Positions 19,908 to 31,670 are shown, counted from the stretch's first letter. The stretch is 63,972 bases of DNA from Alphaproteobacteria bacterium (GCA_031291395.1 JARLJD010000021.1:1-63972), one strand, 5' to 3'. The notes: a model not told the origin generated them from the sequence alone. A program made the numbers and translations.

Positions 19908-20664
19908 GAACGCTTTTCCAATCCCCCGCAACTGCCTGCCAACACGCCAATGCCGCAATCGCGGCGGTATCCGCGCGAAGGATGCGCGGGCCGAGGCGAA
20001 TGAAGAAGGCGTTGGGGGTATTGCGTAACAGACCCAATTCTTCCGCTGCGAGACCGCCTTCGGGGCCGGTGAGGATGGCGGCTTTGGGGAAATTTTGCAG
20101 GGCGGGGGAAAGTAGAACTTTATGGACGGGATCAGCTTCGCCCCATTCCGCGCAAACGATCAACGCGCGGTCTTTGGGGAAAACATCGATCATATCCTGC
20201 AGCGAAACCGGATTGCCTACGGCCGGAACGCTGAGCCGTTCCGATTGTTCGGACGCTTCGCGGCACAGGCTATAGACGCGGTCGGCATTGATCTCGCGGA
20301 TTTGAGTGCGGTGGGTCAAAATCGGCTGAATTTCGCTGACGCCAAGCTCGGTCGCTTTTTCGAGCATCGTGTCGAAATGCGCTTTCTTGATGGGCGCGCA
20401 GCACAGCCATAAATCCGGCTCGGCCAGTTGCGGGCGGATTTGCTCGTGCAGCGTTATTTCAACCGACTTTTTGTCCGCGCCCGCGACACCCCCCCGATAT
20501 TCCCCGTCGCGCCCGTTGAATAGGCGCAAAACATCGCCCTGTTTCAGGCGCAGGACGTGCAATAGGTGGTGCGTCTGGTCTGGATTTGCGGATAGGGTTT
20601 CCCCCTGCGCCAGAGGATTCGGCACAAAAATTCGGTGAGTGTGGCGGAGGTTTTCCGATCCCAT
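19900..20664 (-). CDS. rsmE: 16S rRNA (uracil1498-N3)-methyltransferase
   Basis: N-terminal RIFVPNPL...HHLLHVLRLKQGD..LFNGRDGEY and C-terminal TGPEGG...LGPRILRADTAAIAAL are typical RsmE (SPOUT family). Confidence 0.85.
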   Translation of the reverse strand: MGSENLRHTHRIFVPNPLAQGETLSANPDQTHHLLHVLRLKQGDVLRLFNGRDGEYRGGVAGADKKSVEITLHEQIRPQLAEPDLWLCCAPIKKAHFDTMLEKATELGVSEIQPILTHRTQIREINADRVYSLCREASEQSERLSVPAVGNPVSLQDMIDVFPKDRALIVCAEWGEADPVHKVLLSPALQNFPKAAILTGPEGGLAAEELGLLRNTPNAFFIRLGPRILRADTAAIAALACWQAVAGDWKSVPR

Positions 20665-20730
20665 GAGGAACTACCATTGCAAAAAGGCAAACCAGCCTTA
20701 TAGTTCTTTTCTAGTGCAGCAAGTTGGTGA

Positions 20731-20849
20731 GGATTCCCTCTCCCCCCTTCTTGGGGGGAGAGGGTTAGGGTGAGGGGGGCTTGGGGATTATATCCTCCCC
20801 CCCCCTCACCCCGACCCTCTCCCCCCCAAGAGGGGGGAGAGGGAGTTCC
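20731..20849. repeat. Family C compound repeat, copy C2 (inverted pair of CCCTCTCCCC-loop-GGGGAGAGGG hairpins with GGGTTAGGGTGAGGGG modules)
   Basis: The left half reads GGATTCCCTCTCCCCCCTTCTTGGGGGGAGAGGGTTAGGGTGAGGGG. The right half, ending GAGGGAGTTCC, is its approximate reverse complement. Confidence 0.8.
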
Positions 20850-20903
20850 CCCGCAGCTTGGAAGGCACATCTCCGCCAAAATTTCTCGCACACCAAAGCC
20901 CCC

Positions 20904-22343
20904 ATGTCATCCGATTTTTCCGTCCCCTCTTCCCTGCCCGCCAAACCCGCTCTGCGGCGGAATTATTTGGCTTTTCCTGAGGTCATCGCGCAGGCCGTCG
21001 GCGGCACGGCGCCTTCGGCTGTTCCGGCCATAAATGTATCCATTATTTTTGCCGTGGCCGGCAACGGAACTTGGGCGACTTTTGCTTTTGCCGCCATAGC
21101 CATGCTTTTCCTCGTGGCGCAAATGAACGTTTTCAGCAGACGCGGCGCGACGTCCGGCGGGCTTTACGTTTATGCCGCCAAGGGGCTGGGGCCGCTTATG
21201 GGAGTCGTTGCCGGATGGTCATTTCTGATCGCTTATCTTTTTGGCGAAGCTTTCGTTTTCTTATGCATGATCCATATCAGCTCTGCGCTCATCCATCAAA
21301 TGACCGGCATGAGTAACAGCTTTATGAGCGGCGCGGCATTGGGCGTTCTGGGGCTTGCTTTGTCGTGGGGGATCGCCTATCGCGACATTAAATTGTCGAC
21401 GCGCGTGACCTTGGCGATTGAGTTCGCGACCATGTCGGCGATTCTTTTTCTCATCGGTTTTTATTTTGTCCATAAAGGCGCGGTTATCGATTCGGCGCAG
21501 CTGCGCCTTGAGGGCGTAGGCGCAAGCCGGTTTCGTTTGGGGCTTGTTTTCGCCTTTTTGAGTTTCGTCGGATTTGAAAGCGCCAGTACGCTCGGCGCCG
21601 AGGCGCGAGAGCCGCTTAAGACCATTCCGCGCGCGCTTGTTTCCTGCATTCTGATTTTCTCCTTCTTTTTCTGCATAAGCGGATACGGGCTTGTCGATGC
21701 TTTTCATGCCGCGATGCCGGGCTTGGATAAAATCGACTCCCCTTTTATGGCGCTGGCTCAGTCGCTGGGAATCGGCGCGTTTGGAACTTTGGTTACGGTC
21801 GGCGTGCTGACAAGTTTCTTTGCATGCAGCATGGCCATTATCAACGCAGGATCTCGCGTGCTTTATGTCTTTGCGCATCACGGATTGATTCATTCCGGTG
21901 GCGGCAAGGTTCACAAAGACAACGCCACGCCCCATATCGCCATTACGCTGTTCGCGGCGCTGGCGTTTTTGCTGGCATTTGGCCTTGTGGCGAGCGGCGT
22001 TTCCGTGACGGACGCGATGGATTATCTGGGGACGGTTTCGTCCTTTGGTTTTCTCAGCTGTTATATTCTGGTCGCCGTCGGCGCGCCGCTTTATCTTAAG
22101 CGCCGCGGGGAATTGCGCGCGGGACATGTAGCGTCGGCTGTCATAGCTGTGGCGATGCTGGCGATCCCTTTGTTCGGAAGCCTTTATCCAGTTCCGGAAT
22201 GGCCGCTGAATATCCTGCCCTATGTTTTTCTGACCTTGATCGCTCTGTGCGTCGCGCATCTCTTCTATATGAAACGCGCCAATCCGGGTTTGTTGTCGGC
22301 GATTGAGGAAGAGTTGCTGGGGGATTCGGCGGAGGAGGATTGA
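20904..22343 (+). CDS. Amino acid permease (APC superfamily)
   Basis: About 12 hydrophobic segments and APC-like motifs. The start is set at MSSDFSV (20904) because the track ORF start at 20781 reads through repeat C2. Confidence 0.8.
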   Translation: MSSDFSVPSSLPAKPALRRNYLAFPEVIAQAVGGTAPSAVPAINVSIIFAVAGNGTWATFAFAAIAMLFLVAQMNVFSRRGATSGGLYVYAAKGLGPLMGVVAGWSFLIAYLFGEAFVFLCMIHISSALIHQMTGMSNSFMSGAALGVLGLALSWGIAYRDIKLSTRVTLAIEFATMSAILFLIGFYFVHKGAVIDSAQLRLEGVGASRFRLGLVFAFLSFVGFESASTLGAEAREPLKTIPRALVSCILIFSFFFCISGYGLVDAFHAAMPGLDKIDSPFMALAQSLGIGAFGTLVTVGVLTSFFACSMAIINAGSRVLYVFAHHGLIHSGGGKVHKDNATPHIAITLFAALAFLLAFGLVASGVSVTDAMDYLGTVSSFGFLSCYILVAVGAPLYLKRRGELRAGHVASAVIAVAMLAIPLFGSLYPVPEWPLNILPYVFLTLIALCVAHLFYMKRANPGLLSAIEEELLGDSAEED

Positions 22344-22359
22344 GGCGAGGCCAATACAA

Positions 22360-23235
22360 TCACCCCGTCATTGCCTTCATCATCGCCGCGCCCAGCGCAG
22401 CCGGACTGTCGGGAACCAAAAACCCTGCCGCGCGTAGCGCTTCGATTTTGTCGGGGGCGTTGCCTTTACCGCCGGAAATGATCGCGCCCGCATGTCCCAT
22501 GCGGCGGCCTGCCGGAGCCGTAACTCCGGCGACAAACCCGACGACAGGTTTTTTGCGCCGCGCAGCTTTATAGAACGCCGCCGCTTCTTCCTCGGCGCTG
22601 CCGCCGATCTCGCCGATCAACATAATGCCCTGGGTTTCGTCGTCGCTTAAAAACATGTCGAGGCAATCAATGAAACTTGTGCCGCAGATAGGATCGCCGC
22701 CGATGCCGATGCAGGTGGACTGGCCTAATCCGGCGGCTGTCGTTTGCGCGACGGCTTCATAGGTCAAGGTGCTGGAGCGCGACACAATCCCGATCTTGCC
22801 GCGCTTGTAAATGTGGCCGGGCATGATGCCGATTTTGCATTCATCGGGCGTGAGGATGCCCGGACAATTCGGCCCGATCAGGCGAGTTTTGCCTCCGGCC
22901 AAAGCGCGTTTGACCTTGACCATATCGAGCGTCGGAATGCCCTCTGTAATGCAAACCACCAGCGGGATTTCCGCGTCCGCCGCTTCCAAAATCGCGTCCG
23001 CCGCGAACGGCGGCGGCACATAGATAACCGAGGCGTTGCATCCGGTTTTGTCTTTCGCTTCTTGCACCGTATCGAAAACCGGCAAATCGAGATGCTTCCT
23101 GCCGCCCTTGCCCGGCGTCACCCCGCCGACCATTTTCGTACCGTAAGCGATAGCCTGCTGCGAGTGAAAAGTCCCCTGCGAGCCGGTAAAACCTTGGCAG
23201 ATGAGTTTGGTGTTTTTGTTGACGAGGATGGGCAT
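22360..23235 (-). CDS. sucD: Succinate--CoA ligase (ADP-forming) subunit alpha
   Basis: [24 protein letters not shown]..., the phosphohistidine loop GHAGAII and GEIGG. Confidence 0.95.
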   Translation of the reverse strand: MPILVNKNTKLICQGFTGSQGTFHSQQAIAYGTKMVGGVTPGKGGRKHLDLPVFDTVQEAKDKTGCNASVIYVPPPFAADAILEAADAEIPLVVCITEGIPTLDMVKVKRALAGGKTRLIGPNCPGILTPDECKIGIMPGHIYKRGKIGIVSRSSTLTYEAVAQTTAAGLGQSTCIGIGGDPICGTSFIDCLDMFLSDDETQGIMLIGEIGGSAEEEAAAFYKAARRKKPVVGFVAGVTAPAGRRMGHAGAIISGGKGNAPDKIEALRAAGFLVPDSPAALGAAMMKAMTG

Positions 23236-23310
23236 GGGGGTGTCCTTAACCTAAGGCGGCGTAAGCAAACAGGCAGCTTTGTTTGACGATTGGGAATAAC
23301 AGTGAAACAG

Positions 23311-23361
23311 AAGCGGCATGATTCCCTCCCCCCTCTCATGGGGGAGGGAATCCTACCGCTT
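23311..23361. repeat. Family C short hairpin, copy C3 (between sucC and sucD)
   Basis: AAGCGGCATGATTCCCTCCCCCCTCTCATGGGGGAGGGAATCCTACCGCTT is a long imperfect hairpin. Confidence 0.8.
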
Positions 23362-23390
23362 TTGCGGCGCCATTTGTTTCTCTAATTTCC

Positions 23391-24575
23391 CTACGCTGCC
23401 TTACTCTGCACGGCTCTGACAATCTTTTTCGCCCCATCCGCCAGATTATCCCCCGTCAAAATCGGCAGGCCGCTTGCGGTCAGGATTTTTTTACCCAGAT
23501 CGACATTGGCGCCTTCCAGTCGCACGACCAAGGGAACCTGCAATTTCGCTTCGCGCGCCGCCGCGACGATGCCTTCGGCGACGATGTCGCAGCGCATGAT
23601 GCCGCCGAAGATATTGATGAAAACGCCTTTGACGTTTTTGTTCGACAGAATGATTCCAAGCGCCGCCGTGACACGTTCCCGCGTCGCGCCGCCCCCCACA
23701 TCCAGAAAATTCGCCGGTTCGCCTCCATAAAGCTTGATGATGTCCATCGTCGCCAGTGCAAGACCGGCTCCTTTGACAATACAGCCGATATTGCCGTCAA
23801 GCTTGATGTAATCGAGGCCGCTTTTCTTCGCGATGCTTTCTGCCGGGTCTTCTTCGGCTTCATCGCGCATCGCTGCAATATCCGCGTGGCGAAATAACGC
23901 ATTATCGTCGAACGACATTTTACAATCGAGCGCAATCATCTCGTCTGCGCCGGTGACGGCAAGCGGATTGATTTCCACGGCCTCGCAATCAAGCTCGATA
24001 AAAGCGGCGTATAGCGCTTGCAGGAAACTGACGCATTTGCCGACCTGCGCATTCTTCAGCCCAAGAGAAAACGCGATTTGGCGCGCGTGCCTAGGCTGCA
24101 ATCCCGTCATGGGATCGATCGAAACTTTGATGATCTTTTCCGGATTTCTTGTGGCGACTTCCTCAATTTCTGCACCGCCTTCGGTCGAGCCCATAATCGT
24201 CACGCAGCCTGCGGCAGGATCGATTGAAAGCCCAAGATAAAGCTCGCGCCTGATGTCGCAGACTTCCTCGACAAAGATTTTCTGAACTTTCTGACCCCTC
24301 AGCCCCGTTTGAGGCGTGACCAAAGTCATGCCGATCATGCGTTTGGCCTCGGCTTCGACGGCCTCTAGAGATTTTACGACACGGATGCCGCCGCCCTTGC
24401 CTCTGCCGCCTGCGTGGATTTGCGCTTTCAAGACCCAACCTGTTGTTTTGACTTCAGCGGCCAAAGTTTTGGCAACGTCAACTGCTTCGGTCGGAGTCAA
24501 CGCCACCCTGCCCCGCTGAACGGCGACGCCATACTTCTTCAGAAGGCTTTTCGCCTGATATTCATGGATATTCAT
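23391..24575 (-). CDS. sucC: Succinate--CoA ligase (ADP-forming) subunit beta
   Basis: Starts [17 protein letters not shown] (ATG at 24575). It has an ATP-grasp region and GGIMRCD. The track ORF extends 21 codons further upstream. Confidence 0.95.
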   Translation of the reverse strand: MNIHEYQAKSLLKKYGVAVQRGRVALTPTEAVDVAKTLAAEVKTTGWVLKAQIHAGGRGKGGGIRVVKSLEAVEAEAKRMIGMTLVTPQTGLRGQKVQKIFVEEVCDIRRELYLGLSIDPAAGCVTIMGSTEGGAEIEEVATRNPEKIIKVSIDPMTGLQPRHARQIAFSLGLKNAQVGKCVSFLQALYAAFIELDCEAVEINPLAVTGADEMIALDCKMSFDDNALFRHADIAAMRDEAEEDPAESIAKKSGLDYIKLDGNIGCIVKGAGLALATMDIIKLYGGEPANFLDVGGGATRERVTAALGIILSNKNVKGVFINIFGGIMRCDIVAEGIVAAAREAKLQVPLVVRLEGANVDLGKKILTASGLPILTGDNLADGAKKIVRAVQSKAA

Positions 24576-24665
24576 AAGAAAAGGCTTGTGAGGGCGGGCA
24601 GCGCGTCTCGGTTTAGCTGGATTTAAGCGGTGGAGCAAGCCGTGATAATATGGATTAGGGCAGAA

Positions 24666-24902
24666 TCATAAATCGTTAACATGGGAAAGGGCGAGGAAGG
24701 TGTTGTTTAAGCAAGATTTTTTGCGTTTGGATTTAATGGAGAGCTTTGACGGGATGCGCTTGAGCATCTTCAAGGCGGCATGTTTCAAAACGAAAAATTT
24801 GAGCGCGAGGTTTCTGTCGCGGACGCGAGACAAATCATCGTAGAAGGTAACATCCATCACCCGGTGGGGATTATTTTCGATACTCCAGTGGCTGCGCTGG
24901 CG
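24666..24902 (-). pseudogene. C-terminal remnant of an ISAs1-family (IS4-like DDE) transposase
   Basis: The open frame after an in-frame TGA reads RQRSHWSIENNPHRVMDVTFYDDLSRVRDRNLALKFFVLKHAALKMLKR...KSKRKK. From memory this matches the HWxIEN..LHW.LDVTF.ED.SR.R C-terminus of ISAs1 transposases. No N-terminal part or inverted repeats are seen. Confidence 0.6.
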
Positions 24903-24971
24903 TCAAGAATGATGGTAGGATTTGTGGGCAGAGAGTTGATATATACTTCGCAACGTCCCAAATTATCTTTT

Positions 24972-25042
24972 CGTAGGAGCGGCTTCCAGCCGCGACTTTT
25001 GACGTAAGAACAAGGGGGTCGCGGCTAGAAGCCGCTCCTACG
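24972..25042. repeat. Family B REPIN-like repeat, copy B3
   Basis: CGTAGGAGCGGCTTCCAGCCGCGAC, a spacer, then GTCGCGGCTAGAAGCCGCTCCTACG. Flanks conserved with B4 and B6 extend beyond the core. Confidence 0.9.
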
Positions 25043-25139
25043 AAAAATCACAGTTTTTGGCGTGGCGCAGTATAGTTGTGATTTTCCTTGTTTCTGTGCT
25101 AATTCTTCTCTTGCCAAACCTCGCAACACGGCGCGTCCC

Positions 25140-25688
25140 ATGTTTCAATCCATCGCCAATAAACTGACCGTCTCGCGGATCGTTATTATTCCGGTCATTC
25201 TTGCGCTTTTGGTCGTTCCGCGCGCGTGGGCAGCGTGGGTGGCGCTGGTGTTGTTCATAGCGGCGGGCGCGACCGATTATCTCGATGGCTATGTGGCGCG
25301 GCGCGATAACAACGTCACCAAGGTCGGCCAGTTCCTCGATCCCATCGCCGATAAACTTCTGGTTTCCGCCGTTATTTTGATTCTGGTTTACAACAGGCAA
25401 ATCAGCGGTTTCAGCGTGTTGCCTGCCGTTATTATCCTGATGCGCGAAGTCGCGGTTTCCGGCTTGCGGGAATTTCTGGCGGGACTACGCGTCAGCGTTC
25501 CCGTCAGCCGCCTCGCCAAATGGAAGACAATGATCCAAATGGTCGCGCTTGGCTTTCTGGTCATTGGCCGCTATGCCCCCGATTTTATCCCCGCCACGAC
25601 CATCGGCAATATCGGCATCTGGATCGCGGGAGGGTTTACGCTGATCACGGCGTGGGATTATTGGCGCGCGAGTTTGAAGCATTTTTAA
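25140..25688 (+). CDS. pgsA: CDP-diacylglycerol--glycerol-3-phosphate 3-phosphatidyltransferase
   Basis: CDP-alcohol phosphatidyltransferase motif DYLDGYVARR...G.FLDPIADKL. The start is set at MFQSIANKLTVSRI. Confidence 0.85.
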   Translation: MFQSIANKLTVSRIVIIPVILALLVVPRAWAAWVALVLFIAAGATDYLDGYVARRDNNVTKVGQFLDPIADKLLVSAVILILVYNRQISGFSVLPAVIILMREVAVSGLREFLAGLRVSVPVSRLAKWKTMIQMVALGFLVIGRYAPDFIPATTIGNIGIWIAGGFTLITAWDYWRASLKHF

Positions 25689-25702
25689 TGTCGTAACAGG
25701 TC

Positions 25703-26884
25703 ATGTCGGTTGAAAAGAATCTGAAACTGATCGGTTTGTTCTCCTTCCTTACGGGATGCCTTTTCCTCATCCCCGTTTTGCTGCCCTACTATAAAGATCA
25801 TGTCGGGATCGGGTATGAAGGGCTTTTGTTGGGCGAGGCCGCCTTTTCCGCTTCCTGCATCCTGTTCGATGTGCCGACCAGCTGGATATCGGACGTATGG
25901 AGGCGCAAACAATCCCTTGCCCTTGGGTCTGGCTTTATTTGTCTGGGGCTTTGCATCATTCTGTTTGCCAAGAACATTTGGCATGTCATCCTCGCGCAAA
26001 TCGTTTGGGGCGTCGGCTTTAGCCTTTTGAACGGCACGCACACGGCGATGATTTACGATTCCCTGCTTGTTCTTCATCGCGAAAATGAATACCGAAGATG
26101 GGAAGGCAGGCGGCAGGCTTTCTCGCTCTACGGCATCGCATTAGCCGGAACGATCGGCGGGTTCACCTATGCCGCCAATAGTTTTCTGCCGATTTATCTG
26201 TCTATGGCCGCCCAGCTTGGCGGATTTTTGACCGTCCTTTTGATGCGCGAGCCGGAACGGCACAAACAGCTTGGCGCGAAACATCCCGTTTCGGACATCG
26301 TGGAAACGATCAAATTCGTCACGCGCGGCCACGCGGAACTCGGCATCGTCATAGTGTCGGCCGCGATTCTTTTCAGCGCCACAAAAATCGTCATGTGGTC
26401 GCAACAACCGTATTTTCTCGCGCTTCATTTGCCGGAACAATATTACGGCGTTCTGATGGCGGTCGGGTGGCTTCTGGGCGGCCTGTCGAGCCACGGGGCG
26501 CATCTGTTGGACGGTAGAATCAAAATCTTCCCCACTTTAACGCTCGCCTTCGGCGCGGCAATTATCGCCAGCGCCGGAGCCGCCGCGTATCTCGGTTTTT
26601 CAGGAGTCGCCGTATTGATGATTGGCGGTTCCTGCATCTTTGGTATGACCGCGCCGCGTGTGAACGAGGCCATTAACCGCAGCGTCGGTTCAGAAAGACG
26701 CGCGACCGCGCTTTCGACCCTGTCTCTTTTTCAAGCCTCCCTGTTCATCCCCCTCAGCTCCATCATCGGCTGGATCTCCGACCGCGAAACGATTCAAACG
26801 GCTCTGTTCGCGCTCGCCCTTTGGCTGGTTGTGGCGGGAGCGGGGCTGCTTTCGCTTAAAGCCATGCGCGTTAAAGCGAGGTAG
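25703..26884 (+). CDS. MFS-type transporter
   Basis: 393 aa with about 12 predicted hydrophobic helices and an MFS-like loop D..RRK between TM2 and TM3. Confidence 0.65.
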   Translation: MSVEKNLKLIGLFSFLTGCLFLIPVLLPYYKDHVGIGYEGLLLGEAAFSASCILFDVPTSWISDVWRRKQSLALGSGFICLGLCIILFAKNIWHVILAQIVWGVGFSLLNGTHTAMIYDSLLVLHRENEYRRWEGRRQAFSLYGIALAGTIGGFTYAANSFLPIYLSMAAQLGGFLTVLLMREPERHKQLGAKHPVSDIVETIKFVTRGHAELGIVIVSAAILFSATKIVMWSQQPYFLALHLPEQYYGVLMAVGWLLGGLSSHGAHLLDGRIKIFPTLTLAFGAAIIASAGAAAYLGFSGVAVLMIGGSCIFGMTAPRVNEAINRSVGSERRATALSTLSLFQASLFIPLSSIIGWISDRETIQTALFALALWLVVAGAGLLSLKAMRVKAR

Positions 26885-26994
26885 ATTCTTTGGCCGCAAA
26901 ATCCAAACCGGACATTATTGCCCAAGCCCCATAATCCTGCCATATTTCAGACGCATCTAGAGTCGGCGTGAGGAAATAATCGCTTCAAAATGAG

Positions 26995-27075
26995 CGTCAT
27001 CCCCGCGAATGCGGGGATCCATTTACAGGCGATCGTTGCGCGGCCAAGATGGATCCCCGCATCGCGGGGATGACG
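26995..27075. repeat. Family A palindromic repeat, copy A3
   Basis: CGTCATCCCCGCGAATGCGGGGATCC, a 30-nt spacer ending GGCCAAGAT, then GGATCCCCGCATCGCGGGGATGACG. Confidence 0.85.
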
Positions 27076-27142
27076 CACTGGGTTGATTCACCTATTTCCT
27101 CACACCGACAGAATGCGTAAAATTCAACGATCGGGCGCCCCT

Positions 27143-27952
27143 ATGCGTAAAATTTCCTCGCTGCTTTTGGCAACAACCCTCTGCGTTTCCACGGCGACTT
27201 TTCCCGCATTTGCGCAGGACTGGCACGATCATGACCGGCACGGGCATCATGGCGAATGGCACGGTGATCGGGGCGGCAGGGATTGGCGCTGGCACGGCGA
27301 CATTCATCATTTTCACGATTATGATTTCGACTATTGGCGCGCAGGGCGTTGGATCAACGGCTATCACGAAGGCCGCGCGGGCTGGTGGTGGGTGACGGGC
27401 GGTTTCTGGTATTATTATCCCGCGCCGATTTATCCCTATCCCGATCCCTTTACGCCGCCAGGCGTTGTCGTCGCAGCCGTTCCGGGCGCAACAGCCTCCT
27501 ATTTTTACTGCGCCAACCCGGCAGGATATTACCCTTATGTACCGCAATGCGCCGTGCAATGGCAGCATGTGGTGACCGCGACCGCGCCTGCGCAAGTCGT
27601 CGTTCCGCCGCAAGTTGCATCGCCCCCCGCTCCTGTTGCGGCGCCTGCGCCGCCTCCTGCCCCTGTGGCGACAAGCCAGCGCGATGCCGATTATGCGCAG
27701 CTCAACGCCTATGCCGCAGAGCTTCAGCACATAGACGCCAGCAACCCCCACGTCGCCCTCGTCAAGCTGAAGAAATTGGGAAAGAAAGTCGAGGCGTTCC
27801 GCAAGAATCTGACCAAGCGGGAATATAATCCGATCGACATATTGAAAAGCGCGAACGATCTGAAAATCCGCATCGCGGCGCAGAAAAAATCGCTCGTTTC
27901 TCCAGCAGCCCCGCTGCCGCCGGGATCAACCGTCGTTTTCCCGTCCCACTAA
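27143..27952 (+). CDS. Exported His/Trp/Tyr-rich protein with a conserved Cys pair
   Basis: Signal peptide MRKISSLLLATTLCVSTATFPAFA, His-rich HDHDRHGHHGEWHGD, then YFYCANPAGYYPYVPQCAVQWQ and a Pro/Ala-rich linker. Confidence 0.55.
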   Translation: MRKISSLLLATTLCVSTATFPAFAQDWHDHDRHGHHGEWHGDRGGRDWRWHGDIHHFHDYDFDYWRAGRWINGYHEGRAGWWWVTGGFWYYYPAPIYPYPDPFTPPGVVVAAVPGATASYFYCANPAGYYPYVPQCAVQWQHVVTATAPAQVVVPPQVASPPAPVAAPAPPPAPVATSQRDADYAQLNAYAAELQHIDASNPHVALVKLKKLGKKVEAFRKNLTKREYNPIDILKSANDLKIRIAAQKKSLVSPAAPLPPGSTVVFPSH

Positions 27953-28008
27953 CAGGCGCAGAATTCAGGCTTTGGGTTTATGCGTCGCAACGTCACAAAT
28001 TATCTTTT

Positions 28009-28078
28009 CGTAGGAGCGGCTTCCAGCCGCGACTGTTGACGCAAACACAGAAGGTCGCGGCTGGAAGCCGCTCCTACG
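28009..28078. repeat. Family B REPIN-like repeat, copy B4
   Basis: Perfect 25-nt inverted arms around a 20-nt spacer. CACAAATTAT occurs directly repeated on both sides. Confidence 0.9.
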
Positions 28079-28100
28079 GAAAATCACAAATTATGGCGCA

Positions 28101-28811
28101 TCACAGCTTAAAGCAAGAAGCGACGAAGTCAGGAACAACCTCCCCTGCCCTGCCCGTCAGCCGTTCGTGGAAGGTTGGGGAGCGTTCCGTTTCCGCTGCG
28201 TTGATTTCGACCGTATACGCGCCTGCCTGATTGGCCAGATCAACAAAACCTGCGGCGGGATAAACCGCGCCCGAAGTTCCGATCGCGACGAAAAGATCGC
28301 ATGCGCTAAGCGCCATGAAAACCTCCTCCATCCGCATCGGCATTTCGCCGAACAAAACCACATCGGGACGCAAACCTCCCGCGCGGCCACAAACGGGGCA
28401 TAGCGTTTGCGCCAAAGCGTCGGCAAAGAAAGGTGCGCTTTCGCCGCACGAATCGCAGCGGATGCGCTGCAACTCGCCATGCATATGGATCAGATTGTGG
28501 CTTCCCGCCCGTTCATGCAGCGGGTCGATATTCTGCGTTACGAGCAAAAAATCATCCCCGCAGGCTTGTTCCCATTCGACCAAAGCCCGATGCGCGGAAT
28601 TGGGCGCGACTTTTTCGACTTCGCGGCGGCGTTTGTTGAAAAAATCGTTCACGACAGGCCGATTGAAAGCGACCGCCTCTGCCGTCGCCACGTCTTCGAC
28701 CCGATGCCCCTGCCACAAACCGTCCGCGCCGCGAAAAACGGGGATTCCGGATTCGGCGGAAATGCCAGCGCCGGTTAAAACAACGATGCGGGAGATACGT
28801 TCTTTTGGCAT
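28101..28811 (-). CDS. cobB: NAD-dependent protein deacylase (sirtuin, CobB type)
   Basis: GAGISAESGIPVFRGADGLW, QNIDPLHERAG, catalytic HG, and a zinc ribbon CDSCG...CPVCG. Confidence 0.9.
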   Translation of the reverse strand: MPKERISRIVVLTGAGISAESGIPVFRGADGLWQGHRVEDVATAEAVAFNRPVVNDFFNKRRREVEKVAPNSAHRALVEWEQACGDDFLLVTQNIDPLHERAGSHNLIHMHGELQRIRCDSCGESAPFFADALAQTLCPVCGRAGGLRPDVVLFGEMPMRMEEVFMALSACDLFVAIGTSGAVYPAAGFVDLANQAGAYTVEINAAETERSPTFHERLTGRAGEVVPDFVASCFKL

Positions 28812-28837
28812 TTATGCAACCCCAAAAGCGGCGTTCA

Positions 28838-29036
28838 TAACCCCTCTCCGCCCGCCCTTGCGGGGGGAGAGGGGAGGAACAGAACGTCGAACATTCGCCG
28901 TAGAATGAAAGGGGTGAGGTGGGTGGCGAAGATTATTTTACGCCCTCGACCGCCCACCTCACCCCCTCCTACCTTTTGCTCTTGCTCAAATTTCTGTATC
29001 CCCCCTCTCCCCCCGCAAGGGCGGGCGGAGAGGGGC
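28838..29036. repeat. Family C ~200-nt nested-palindrome element, copy C4
   Basis: The terminal hairpins read AACCCCTCTCCGCCCGCCCTTGCGGGGGGAGAGGGG at one end and CCCCTCTCCCCCCGCAAGGGCGGGCGGAGAGGGG at the other. The inner inverted repeat reads AAAGGGGTGAGGTGGGTGG on one side and CCGCCCACCTCACCCC on the other. It is near-identical to C8 in the opposite orientation. Confidence 0.85.
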
Positions 29037-29072
29037 AATGACCACCGCTTTTTGTGTCAAAGAAATTTCTGG

Positions 29073-31514
<2,442 letters not shown>

Positions 31515-31533
31515 TTATTTAATCGCCAAGTTT

Positions 31534-31670
31534 CGTCATTCCCGCGAAAGCGGGAATCCATCGCCGCGCGTCTGCGCGGCAAGAGTCCGGCGGCGATTCA
31601 ATCTGAACCGCATCTGGATTTATAGGTGCGCAATCTCTCGCGATGGATTCCCGCTTTCGCGGGAATGACG
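31534..31670. repeat. Family A palindromic repeat, long variant A4 (GGGAATCC subtype)
   Basis: CGTCATTCCCGCGAAAGCGGGAATCC, an 85-nt spacer, then GGATTCCCGCTTTCGCGGGAATGACG. Confidence 0.85.

Noticed and set aside
20781-20903. N-terminal extensions of track ORFs that read through repeats: 20781 (permease), 56570 (sufT), 59978 (DUF559/PagL ORF) and 24638 (sucC).
   Set aside because: The extensions translate repeat DNA into strings such as LSPPRGGRG and PLPPQGRAERG. They also begin at alternative start codons. Conserved N-termini begin at internal ATGs.
24780-25007. A 75-aa plus-strand ORF between sucC and pgsA.
   Set aside because: It runs antisense to the transposase remnant and ends inside repeat B3 (tail ...RRSGFQPRLLT is translated repeat), so it is spurious.
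28009-28094. The 10-bp direct repeat CACAAATTAT on both sides of repeat B4, read as a target-site duplication.
   Set aside because: Related sequence (CCAAATTAT, CATAAGTTAT, ATCACAG) flanks other copies at different loci. It is therefore more likely part of the extended element, or a strong target preference, than a locus-specific duplication. This remains unresolved without empty sites.
28101-28811. Sir2-domain protein as a possible anti-phage defence component (Thoeris, DSR or SIR2-HerA type).
   Set aside because: It is a 236-aa stand-alone sirtuin with the canonical GAGISAESGIP, the catalytic His and a CxxC...CxxC zinc ribbon. It has no partner or fused effector or sensor domain, which fits housekeeping CobB.
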